The position numbers and the translations under genes are program-made. From Eledone cirrhosa (Eukaryota), in assembly GCA_964016885.1 (NCBI GenBank), contig OZ024741.1, positions 39,184,001-39,248,000 on the forward strand: a stretch of 64,000 nucleotides of DNA. Direction: 5' to 3'. The notes under the pieces are model-generated. The model saw only the letters and a program-made list of their open reading frames with translations, was not told the origin of the DNA and did not search any database. This document shows positions 12,006-23,271 of the stretch, piece after piece. Numbering within the stretch: position 1 is the first letter of the stretch; every line of letters begins with the position of its first letter.

Positions 12006-12648
12006 ATGGTGGCTGCCAACTCGTTTTCGAGTACGGCCACTACTTTATATCCATGTAGGAGAACCCCTACCGATGCGCTGAACGAGTGTGACTTTTTAGT
12101 CCAGCCAGCGACTTGAAAACTCTGGTGCAAACACTACACTTGTGACAATTATTGACACATAGTGCTGGGCCCATGGTACCATGTTACGACAAGTGCAGAT
12201 AGATCTCCAGATATAAAGCAATGCCTGTGCCGTGAAGCTTTTATAGTGAGCAAAGGCACTGCACAAAGCCAGTCCCACTCTCTTAACCAAGATGATATTT
12301 ACCAAAAAGGAGAACAAGTCAACATCATTGGATACCATCAGGGTCGCAGGTGTTATATCAGAGTTTTCCTTCTCCTAGAATTCTGCCTTGACAAAGGTTA
12401 AGGGATCATCTCTCCCGGTGATTTTGGATGACCATTGACTCTTAAGAGCTCCTTTGCCCTTTGACAGGTTTTGTTTTTAGTCCTGCAGGATGTCCAAAGT
12501 CACCCTCCTCACCAAGGAACCTTGGTGGGGTTGCCAGTTTAGTCGCCAACGACCCGACCATGAGACAGGTTGTACTGGGATACATGTTCCCAGTAGCACC
12601 AACTGGTGACGTGACATGCAATACTCTTAGCAGAGTTTGCAGCCCTTA
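12006..12648 (-). mobile_element. Non-autonomous RTE-derived element, copy 3 (longest, ~640 bp)
   Basis: Same family with an additional structured 5' region; RTE-5'UTR-like AGGAGAAGGAAAACTCTGA; tetranucleotide repeats on both sides. Confidence 0.72.
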
Positions 12649-12944
12649 TGTATGTATGTATGTATGTATGTATGTATGTATGTATGTATGTATGTATGTA
12701 TGTATGTATGTATGCATGTATGCATACATGCATACATGCATACATACATACATAAGGGTTGCAAACTCTGCTAAGAGTATTGCATTCGCTTGTCAGATTA
12801 TAGATTTTGGTGCACTTTTAGGCTACGGCCAGCCACACGAACTTGTAACAGACCCTGAACAATCAATGCCTGAGCTTTGAATGTTTTTCATGTTGGGAAA
12901 AGCTTTGCAGTCGACCAATCCCCCTGAGCATCGCAAACACTACC

Positions 12945-13277
12945 CGAAAAGGAGAACTGGTCAACATCATCGGATTCTTCCGAAGCTGCAGGGTTTTTTT
13001 TCAGAGTTATCTTCCCCTAGAAAGGTGTTGTGGCAAGAACTGGGAGGCTTTCACTCCCAGGTGATAAAAAAAAACAAAAAAAAGGTACTATTTGGATGGC
13101 CGTTGACTCTGCTGAGTTCCGTTCCTCCGCCCTTCGCCGGGTCTTGTATTTCATCCAAATATCACCGTCCTCACCAAGCTAGCTTGGTGGGGTTGCCGGT
13201 TTAGTCACCGACGACCCTACCATGGGACAGGTTGTACTGGGTTACATGTTACCAGTAGCACTTGAGAGCGACCTGAT
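12945..13277 (-). mobile_element. Diverged relative of the 5' region of the RTE-derived family
   Basis: Collinear with 12305-12600 (GTCAACATCAT.GGAT, GGATGGCC.TTGACTCT, CCTCACCAAG..CTTGGTGGGGTTGCC.GTTTAGTC, GACAGGTTGTACTGGG). Confidence 0.7.
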
Positions 13278-13489
13278 ATACATACATACACACATACACA
13301 CACACACACACATACATACATACACACATACATACACACATACACACACACATACATACATACATACACACATACATACATACATACATACATACATACA
13401 TACATACATACACACACACATACATACATACACACATACACACACACACACACATACATACATACACACATACATACACACATACACAC

Positions 13490-13522
<33 letters not shown>

Positions 13523-13554
13523 TACATACATACACACATACATACACACATACA

Positions 13555-13754
13555 NNNNNNNNNNNNNNNNNNNNNNNNNNNNNNNNNNNNNNNNNNNNNN
13601 NNNNNNNNNNNNNNNNNNNNNNNNNNNNNNNNNNNNNNNNNNNNNNNNNNNNNNNNNNNNNNNNNNNNNNNNNNNNNNNNNNNNNNNNNNNNNNNNNNNN
13701 NNNNNNNNNNNNNNNNNNNNNNNNNNNNNNNNNNNNNNNNNNNNNNNNNNNNNN
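13555..13754. other. Assembly gap (200 N)
   Basis: Run of n. Confidence 1.
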
Positions 13755-14075
13755 AGAAACCAAGAGCAAAACATTGATAAAGCCAGTCAATCGATATCGA
13801 TAATCAGATTAGAATGTAGAAATAATGATTCACTTGAAAATACTGTTATTTCCTTCCAGATCTTTTCTACTGGAAGATCGCTCCAGATGTCCAGATAAAA
13901 TGTCTTCCACCTCATTATAGCTTCAGTGTTGTCTAACCGAAGCAATTTCCAATCACCAGGAAATGTGAGATTATGAGGTTTTCTGTCAATGTTTTAAATA
14001 GAGAGATGTCTTGATAGAATGTGACCTGTAGATATTCCAAGACTATTACGCCATTACTAACGGAATTAAGCGTAA

Positions 14076-14648
14076 AATAATTGTTTCTACTTTTGGCACA
14101 AGGCCAGCAATTACCCAGTGCATTACTGGTACTTTATTTTATCGACCCCGTAAGGATGAATGACAAAGTTAATCTCGGCGGGATTTGAACTCAGAATAGC
14201 AAGGGCCGTAACTATGCGTCAAAGCTTGGCGTCCGACCCTCTACCGATACTGCCAATCCACCGCGTAAAATAATAATGATAATAATTGTTCCTACTTTTG
14301 GCACAAGGCCAGCAATTACCCCAGAGCATTACTGGTACTTTATTTTATCGACCCCGTAAGCATGAAAGGCAAAGCATGGCGTCTGACGCTCTACCGATAC
14401 TGCCAATCCACCGCCTTAACAACAATGATAATGGTTTCTTATATAGGCACAAAGCTAACAATTTTGGGGGGAGGGAAAAGTCGATTAAATCGACCCCAGT
14501 GTATGACTGGTACTTTATTTATCGATCCCGTAAGGATGAAAGGCAAAGTTAACCTCGGTCGGATTTGAACTCAGATCATAAAGGGCCGTAAGTCTATGCT
14601 TCAAAGCATGGCGTCTGACGCTCTACCGATACTGCCAGTACACCGCCC
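14076..14648 (-). mobile_element. Three tandem family A SINEs (14076-14263, 14281-14415 internally deleted, 14428-14648 long variant)
   Basis: Family A motifs repeated three times; first copy has TSD GCGTAAAATAAT (14070-14081/14263-14274). Confidence 0.88.
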
Positions 14649-14689
14649 TAACAACAACAATAATAATAATAACAATAATAATGAATTTG

Positions 14690-15330
14690 ATATCTCAGTC
14701 ATTGGTATTATTTAACCGGAAAATTTGCCCTAATGAATACCAAGCCGCTACATGCAGCCTCAGATATTCAGTACATATCGTAGGTCCTTGTTGTTCCCAG
14801 TAGGCATGCCTTTTGTAGTGTTCCAAAAAGGGCTCCTGAGCTAATGTCCATTAACCAGCCTTGGAAACTCTTCGAGATAGTACCTAGTGCTCACATGAGG
14901 ATGGGGGCGACCTTGGTTTCATGCAGACCCAAATCATTTTCAGTTCCAACTTTAGATCCTGGTACCGGTTAATTTCCTCCTTCTCCTTTTCATGCACTCT
15001 GATGTCAAATGGACAAGTTACATCGATAATCAAGCAAGATCTTTTCCCCTTGTTAAAAACCACTAGATCAGGCCTATTGTGTTCAAATTCTTTATCTATT
15101 TGTATTCTGAAATCCCGCAGCACCTTCACCCGATCATTTTCTATCACAGACTCTGGCTTATGCTCATACTATTTTTTAGAATGAGGTAAATTATTCAGTT
15201 TGCATAAATACTAATAGATCACTTTTCCTATGTTATCATGCCTTAATCTTTTATAATGAATCTGGGCTAGGTGTTTACACTCGAATTCGATGTGATTCAC
15301 AGTTTCTCTCTCTCTCTTCACGGGAAAATT
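14690..15330 (-). mobile_element. 3' fragment of a second R4/Dong-like RLE retrotransposon
   Basis: ETVNHIEFECKHLAQIHYKRLRHDNIGKVIY and DFRIQIDKEFEHNRPDLVVFNK..CLIIDVTCPFD..KEKEEINRYQDLK; 3' end adjoins an (AAT)n tract at about 14650-14682. Confidence 0.85.
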
Positions 15331-15829
15331 CTCTTTTCTGTGAGACCAGAGGTGGTAGCGCTGCAGAGAAATGACCTGAACAAGGAGAATCATATAATTT
15401 CAGGCCTATAACTCTGCTAAACGCAGAGTTTAAGATTTTTGTAAAAGTTCTACCTGCATTTCTCTGTATTACGTTCCTGTTTTAATATCAAATTTAATAA
15501 TATAAAACACTCTACACCTTGGATATGATTACTATATATGTCTATATATATAGCAATGATATCCAAGATTGTGTGAACTAAACTAGGAGAATACTGGCTG
15601 TTTCAATTGATGAAATTGTGAGTATTTTAACGTCTTCATATGTTAATCCGTTGATACAATATTTACATTGTTTTGATTGCTTTAGGCTTCTGGCTGGAAT
15701 GTTGTACTACACTCATTCCTTTGCGTATGCTCCAAACGAATTTATTGAGCAAATTGTAAACAACAAGATCGAAATCACTGGATATCGAATTAAACCCTTA
15801 TTACATATATATATATATATATATACATA

Positions 15830-16035
15830 TACAAGAGGCTGGGCTGAAAAGTTAGTAGGCCGACTCTGAAAGAGTGATGCTAGATTTGTGTAATATTGTA
15901 TGCATTAATTTCGACTCTTCTTATTACTGCATTGTTTATTTCCTGGGACTATGTTTACAAATAAACTTCATCCATGAGAGTAGCTTGGCTAGCCTATGAA
16001 TTTTCAGTCTATGAACTTTTCAGCCGATCTTAGTA
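15830..16035. mobile_element. Mariner-derived MITE
   Basis: Imperfect TIRs TACAAGAGGCTGGGCTGAAAAGTT / AACTTTTCAGCCGATCTTAGTA; inverted homologue at 32956-33158. Confidence 0.65.
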
Positions 16036-16216
16036 TACAATTATACTAGGGTCGGGGAGACCACTAATCATGGGAATACTCAATGCATGGGGTAATGCAG
16101 AGTGAGTATAGAGATAGGTAAAATACTGATCGCGGCGCCAAGCGGTTGTCGGTCTGTCTCTGTGTTCAGGATTTTACGCCCCCCTCCCCCTCTCACTCAA
16201 TATTTATATATATATA

Positions 16217-16862
16217 TATGAAAAATTGGGGAGAAGAATACTGCATGGTTTCACATGGATAACATGTTATAAAATGAGTCCCTCATCAGTGATTTACCAA
16301 CGGTCATAGGTATTTCATTGCATTAAAAATCATATACCTCACGTTGGCGCAATAATAACTAAAATAAGTTATTAGGACAATTAAAACGCGTAAAGCGAGT
16401 GAGACAAGTGAACAACAGAGAGGAAAGCTAACCGAAGATAGGAAGAGACACAAGCTACATAGTTATTCTATCAGTATAAGCTGGGTGAATATATGAGCGA
16501 GTAGAAAATAGACCTTTCGAGATGAATCCGATGTAAGAAAGAAGGAATCGTTAGCGTCGCGAACGGGGGGAAGTGAGAAGGGGAGAAACAGTGAGTGAGT
16601 GAGTGGAAGTGTGAGGAAGAGGTCAGTAGAGAGAAAGTGTTAACTGACATGACAGAGGGGACGAAAGAAAGTAAGAGAAACAGAGAGAACGAGGGAGGAG
16701 TAAGAGAGAGAGAGAGAAAAACAGAATCGCAGTTTAGGTAAATATATGTGAAAAAATGGGGAGAAGAATACTGCATGGTTGCACATGGATAACATGTTAT
16801 AAAATGAGTCCCTCATCAGTGATTTACCAAACGATCATGGGTATTTCATCGCATTAAAAATC

Positions 16863-16868
<6 letters not shown>
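16217..16868 (-). mobile_element. Non-coding cassette with ~120-bp direct terminal repeats between (TA)n tracts
   Basis: 16217-16336 matches 16746-16866; the repeat contains CTGATGA on the minus strand; relatives at 18750-19165 and 49290-49400. Confidence 0.75.
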
Positions 16869-16907
<39 letters not shown>

Positions 16908-17084
16908 CTACAAGGCTCCGGACTAATTCTTTGTAATTTTTTTTCAACTAAAAACCTTTCGGACTTTCGCAGTTATCTCCCTTACACCTCTTGCACGCAT
17001 TCTAGTATTGCTTGTGTGAAGTGATGGGGTTTCTGCGCAGGCGCGTTCGTACGGTTGTCCTTCCTGTTCCTAAACCAGCCCATT

Positions 17085-17124
17085 CCGAGCTGAGGATCCG
17101 CTAAGGTGAAACAATTGTTCTCGG
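17085..17124 (+). ncRNA. Minimal type I hammerhead ribozyme
   Basis: CCGAG-CTGAGGA-TCCGCTAAGGT-GAAA-CAATTG-TT-CTCGG: perfect 5-bp stem I, palindromic stem III ACAATTGT, GUU triplet; in a ~300-bp cassette (16907-17208) between (TA)n tracts. Confidence 0.82.
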
Positions 17125-17240
17125 TTTGGTGAACTAACTGTTGTGTAACCACTTCCCATGGACTGAGTGCTCTACCACTACGGATATTACCTTCCAGTGT
17201 TCCACCACTATATATATATATATAAATATATATATATATA

Positions 17241-17364
17241 TTGAATATATAAATGGCTTTTACAGGACTAGAACTGTTTCATTCGGGGGAAATCACCAGG
17301 AAGTCCTGATGATTTCTCCCGAATGAAACATTTCTAGTCCTGTAGAAGCCATTTCTATATTAAA
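17241..17364. ncRNA. Divergent inverted pair of hammerhead copies (same family as 8451-8503)
   Basis: Palindrome centred near 17302; plus copy CTGATGA(17306)-TTTCTCCCGAAT-GAAA-..-TGTA-GAAGCC, minus copy CTGGTGA-..-GAAACAG..CTGTA. Each copy has defects. Confidence 0.72.
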
Positions 17365-17453
17365 TATTTATACTCTATGTATTGAGTACCTTACTTACTG
17401 TGGTTACCCCGGATTGAACCCGGGATAAACATCTTTTTTTTTCTCTCTCTCTC

Positions 17454-17495
<42 letters not shown>

Positions 17496-17502
<7 letters not shown>

Positions 17503-18357
17503 CGTAAGATAAGAAAATATTTTTTTTTTAATTTTTAAAAAATTTTTTACTTACTTACTTAAATTTTCACTCCAACTAATTAGTTTCTGCAATGGGATAA
17601 AGACAGTTACGTAATCCAACTGTCGAGAATTCAAATTTAAGTAAGTAAAAAATTTTTTAAAAAATATTTTCTTATCTTACGTCTTTTATATTATTGTTCT
17701 GCACCCTCCTGCATTGAACCACCTAGGTACTATGACATAACCTGTGTATTTGCTGGCATGGACGTGCATCTGTGCGCCTATGTTAGTTGATATATTAAAT
17801 TATCTATATTTATCTCCAAATCACTGATTTGTCGAGCAAACCTGCCAAAACCACTTCTAAATTTTTTTTGGGGTGTTAGTAGGCGTCAGTCATCTTACCA
17901 TCCCATTCCTTCTAACTAGCCTCTGTGTCACGTGATTGATTCTTTAGAATCGGCCATTTGACTAGAAGCAGTGAGAATTTCAGTACATGGAATCCAGTCC
18001 TCGCCAGCTGTTCTTTCTACCGAATTATTATTATTTTTATATGAGCCGCCAGTGTCCGCGCATTGCCTGGAGACTCAGCTGAGAATAGACTCCCTGATGA
18101 CGCAATGAATTCTCGACAGTTGGATTACGTAACTGTCTTTATCCCATTGCAGAAACTAATTAGTTGGAGTGAAAATTTAAGTAAGTAAGTAAAAAAATTT
18201 TTTTAAATTTTTTAAAAAATATTTTCTTATCTTACGTCTTTTATATTATTGTTCTGCACCCTCCTGCATTGAACCACCTAGGTACTATGACATAACCTGT
18301 GTATTTGCTGGCATGGACGTGCATCTGTGCGCCTATGTTAGTTGATATATTAAATTA

Positions 18358-18365
<8 letters not shown>
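17496..18365 (+). mobile_element. Non-autonomous Penelope-type cassette: inverted partial repeat + partial direct repeat + full terminal repeat
   Basis: 17496-17632 is the reverse complement of about 18107-18244; 17633-17808 matches 18173-18364; (TA)n on both sides; no ORF. Confidence 0.8.
18089..18170 (+). ncRNA. Type I hammerhead ribozyme with extended stem II
   Basis: ACTCC-CTGATGA-cGCAATG..(GACAGTT..AACTGTC)..CATTGCa-GAAA-CTAATTAG-TT-GGAGT; palindromic stem III, GUU triplet. Confidence 0.8.
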
Positions 18366-18408
<43 letters not shown>

Positions 18409-18664
18409 TGTTATATTTGGGAAGGGTCATATTTGCGTAATATTGCCAGAATTAATAACAGAACACACTCACTGTTTGGTTGGTTTTCGCTTCTCGCTGT
18501 CTTTTATATCTGCGATCTAACTTACTCGGTCCTCAATGTTGCCATTGACTGACCGGCGGTAAAAAATAATACAGATACAATATAGACACAAACACATATA
18601 TATAGTTTACATAATTTACATAAATCTTTCGTTGCACATCTGCAACATCGTCAGTGGTGTTATA

Positions 18665-18723
<59 letters not shown>

Positions 18724-18749
18724 CTAATTCATATATATATATATATATA

Positions 18750-19164
18750 AGAAAAATGGAGTGCTGCGTGGTTGCACATGGGTTACATATGAATAAAATT
18801 AGTCCTTCATCAGTGATCTTCCAACCTTCATTGGTATTTCATCGCTTTAAAAATCATATACCTTTGGTTGGTGCGAGCAATAACTAAATAAAGTTATTGG
18901 TACAAGTAAAATAGCGTGAAGCGAACGAGACATGTAAACAAACAAAGATGGTATTGCAACGGAATGATAGGAAGAGACAAGTACATGATATCTATAAGCT
19001 TAAGCTTGCTGAAATCATGGACGAGAGATACAGACCATCCGACCTAAGTGAGATGTGAGCGAGAAAAGGATTTCACACAGGTCAAACGGGAGGAAGTAAG
19101 AGAGGGGGAGAAGCAGAGTGTGAGAGAGTGAGAGAGTGTGAGGAAGAGGCCAGCCGAGAGAAAA

Positions 19165-19165
<1 letters not shown>
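18750..19165 (-). mobile_element. Diverged copy of the 16217-16868 cassette
   Basis: Collinear motifs TGGTTGCACATGG, AGTCCTTCATCAGTGAT, GGTATTTCATCGC.TTAAAAATCATATACCT, GATAGGAAGAGACAA. Confidence 0.75.
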
Positions 19166-19577
<412 letters not shown>

Positions 19578-20955
19578 AAAAGTCGCAATACACAGGGAAA
19601 ATTGTTACATTTTAAAGTTTCCACGTAGAGTTATATGAATAAATTGTTTAAAGGTGATATACATATGTATATACATATATATACTTATATATACCGGGAG
19701 ACACCTGTAAGCGTAAGTTTAGCACTTCGATTGATCTAGATAGAGGCTCCCAAATTAATCCATCAATAGTGAAAATTGATAATTCATGTTAATGTTTACC
19801 TGTAGTCCTTAATCTACGGCTACTTAGCACTCATTGCGTTCACTATTGATTTATCGATTTCAGTGTTCTAGTTGTTAACAATAATGTTAATTGGACTATT
19901 ATATTTAAAGTGACAATCTAACATCATATTAATGATCGATTATAATGTATTGATGAGGTTTATTTATATGAAAATAGCAATAATGATATATTTTTCAAAC
20001 TAGCATTAAGCTATTAATATGGCATGGTAATTTTAGTTGGTGAAATAATACAGTTTATCTTATTGTAATATGGTGATAATGATTGATACGATGATATTAA
20101 GATACCTTTTGTTAAGGAAAACAAACTTATTGTTTGTTTTCTAGTGATGATAATGTTTATTGATTTGCATGTATGATTTGTTAACAATACTAATCTGTTG
20201 TAGGAACACTGATAGTGTTTATGGAAAGGCTAATACGATTTGTTAACTACTATTTCTCATGACGTCTGTTATTGTTATTAACGTTTATTGATATGCTAAT
20301 AGGCTTAGCCAATGTTAATCTATTGCAATCCGACGTCAGATCTGAAATGGCGGTAATAAATAACAAGCCTTCAACGCCATTTGTTAAATAGTCTGTAATA
20401 AGAAAGTCTTGTAGATGATTGTGTTGTTAACGTCCACTGAGGCATGTACAACAGCTAATGTTAACACGGTATTAAAAAGGAAGAATAGAGAAAAGGGAAA
20501 GAGAAAAACGAAAAAGAAAAAGAAGAGGACACCAATCATCGCTAACTGCTAAGACATAAGATGGCTGAAAGTTAAATTATATTTCATGTCCCTTAATCTT
20601 TCTTTAGGTCGTTGAAGCACATCTGAAGAAAAGTGTCGTCGTGGGATTTCAACAAGCCGCTTAATCTCATCCTTTCTTTCTCTTCTCATCAATTTCCAGG
20701 TCACTTTAACAACTAAAAGTCTTTCCGCGCTCCATTGTCTCTGGACAGTTATATTTTAACCTTTAGCATAAAGGATTCTAATGTAACATAATATATACAC
20801 AAATAATTATATGTATATGTGTATATATTAGATATATTAGACATATGTATGTATATATGTATTTATGTATTGTATGTGTGTTTGTATATATGTATTATAT
20901 GTATTTATGTATATATATGTATGTATATATATTTGTATATATATGTATATATATG

Positions 20956-21002
<47 letters not shown>

Positions 21003-21032
21003 TATATATATGTGTGTGTGTATATGTGTATG

Positions 21033-21111
<79 letters not shown>

Positions 21112-21330
21112 ATATATACAGGTGCAGTTGCAAACGATAAAGAGCAGTCACAAAACAATGTGGAAGTCAAGGATATATTTATTAACGGTTTGACTCTTTC
21201 GTGCATTACCAGTCAAACTGAATACAGTCACTCGCACGCATACATTCACACACAATCACACACACACATACAAACAAACAAACAAACACACAAACACGTA
21301 CATACACACACACACACATACACACATCTA

Positions 21331-22097
21331 TCTATATACTACTAAAACTCTGTGATTGTGTGCTTGCCTGTAATTTAATTCAGCCAAAACGGCGCATGAC
21401 TGGAAAATACTTTGAAATGGGAATACAAATGGAATAAGTTTCGCGTAAATCGGAGCACAATTTCTGGAGAGACGAGATTTTTCCAGGTACCTTCGTAAAT
21501 AGCCAACAGCTCCGGATAACCAATCAGATTGCTAGCACATTAACCATTGTGTTTCATTTCCGAAAATCCTTAGTGCAATCAAGTTAAAGACAGACAGGAA
21601 GAATTCCGCTTTGCTCTGTATAGTAAGTATTTATATTTTACCCTTCTTTAAGCAGACAATATTTTAATTATTAAACACACAATATTTTAATTATTTAAAA
21701 ATTATTTTTAAGTGAACATGATTTAAAAAAAAATACTATATCAGAGTGTTTCTCAAATAAGAATGTTGTCATCAAAAGCATTTTTTGTAACAAAGTATAA
21801 CAGCATAAATATGACAAAATATTAACTCCTACGAGATAAAATGAAAATAAACACTAAGACTGGTAACAGCTAGACTACCCATGACCCAACGGGACACGGG
21901 CAGTTTAGTATACTACTAAAACTCTGTGATTGTGTGCTTGTCTGAAATTGAATACAGCCGAAACAGCGCATAATAGGTAAATACTTTGAAAGGAAGTTGA
22001 CCCTGAAATAGGAATACAAATGGAATAAAACAAGTTTCACGCAAATCGGACCGCGGGTTCCCGAGATACAGGGCTTTTTCCGGGTACCTTCATAAAT
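21331..22097 (+). mobile_element. Non-autonomous Helitron-like element, 1.3 tandem units
   Basis: 5' TCTATATACTACTAAAAC; 3' CCC..GGG hairpin followed by TTAGT at 21885-21909, where a second unit restarts (21335-21500 matches 21909-22097). Confidence 0.6.
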
Positions 22098-22163
22098 ATA
22101 TAGAGAGAAAGATCAGAGAAAGAGATAGTATATATATATATATGCATATATATATATCTACCT

Positions 22164-22253
<90 letters not shown>

Positions 22254-22258
<5 letters not shown>

Positions 22259-22354
22259 GTTTCTACTATTGGCACAAGGCCAGCAAATACCCAGTACATT
22301 ACTGGTACTTTATTTTATCGACCCCGTAAGGATGAAAGGCAAAGTTAACCTCGG
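22254..22354 (-). mobile_element. Family A SINE, 5' truncated
   Basis: Core and tail motifs only. Confidence 0.85.
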
Positions 22355-22854
22355 ATACAAGTGGAAGCTTAGTAAAATCGAAGCTTTGGCTGTAGCCAAG
22401 CAAAACGACTTACAATTAGGAATGAGCAGCAAAGCACTCAATAAGGTTGTAGGCCTTAGAGTAATAACATACGTTTAGACAGCTTGACAAATTGAAAATT
22501 GCGGCAGGTAGACCTAGCCACATGATACCAAATCAACGAAAATACCAATCAAGTTAGACAACTGACCTGGACATATTGAACGATATTTTGCAATACGTTC
22601 GATAGGTTTCTATAAATCCAATATCATCCATCCAGCTTACGTAATGTGTAAGCCTGTGGTATTCCATGATCGAACAGTCGATTCACGTCATTAACAGGAA
22701 ATTTCGTTCTATGCCTCAAGCCGGAGTAGACTGAAACACTGAACTGCTATCGTTTGTAGCCCGCAGTGTTTCACTGTCACGTGTTAATTCCAACAAGGGA
22801 AAGAGAGATACTAAAATACATAAAGCTAAAGTCTGTTCTAAGCCGAAGGGACAT

Positions 22855-23055
22855 TAGACCGGTGCTTATTTCTGGTGCTTACAACTGAGAGTATAAGACA
22901 CAGCCTGAACAGAACACAGTCTATCACATGATTAACTCCCCAGCTACTGCTGGTACACACACTCAGCTGAATGTAGCTCAAGAACACATCATAGCACCCT
23001 GCCCAAGAATCGAACCAACGATACTATGACCGTACGTCAAACATCCTCTCCAATA
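22855..23055 (-). mobile_element. Old tRNA-derived SINE
   Basis: Minus-strand box B GGTTCGATTCT, then GTGTTCTTGAGC and CAGCTGAGTG..GTACCAGC; degraded. Confidence 0.45.
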
Positions 23056-23193
23056 GATACATATGTATCATTGTTCATTCTCGTGAAAATCCTGTTTCGA
23101 TTTTCAGTCGAATAATTATTTCATTTAATTCGATCCTCGTACTTTTGTTCTTTTTCATCCGACTGAGAAGTGTTGACACTTTTCACCCACTCT

Positions 23194-23271
23194 TTCTTCT
23201 TCTTCTTCTTCTTCTTCTTCTTCTTCTTCTTCTTCTTCTTCTTCTTCTTCTTCTTCTTCTTCTTCTTCTTC
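23194..23271. repeat. (CTT)n microsatellite
   Basis: Direct inspection. Confidence 0.95.

Noticed and set aside
12530-12648. Formal HDV-like or twister ribozyme call
   Set aside because: Could not assign P1/P1.1 or the twister pseudoknots by eye; kept only as a structured-RNA candidate.
20300-20760. Possible exon(s) after CTTTCTTTAG and TTTCCAG acceptors
   Set aside because: No convincing ORF or donor site; cannot be supported without RNA data.
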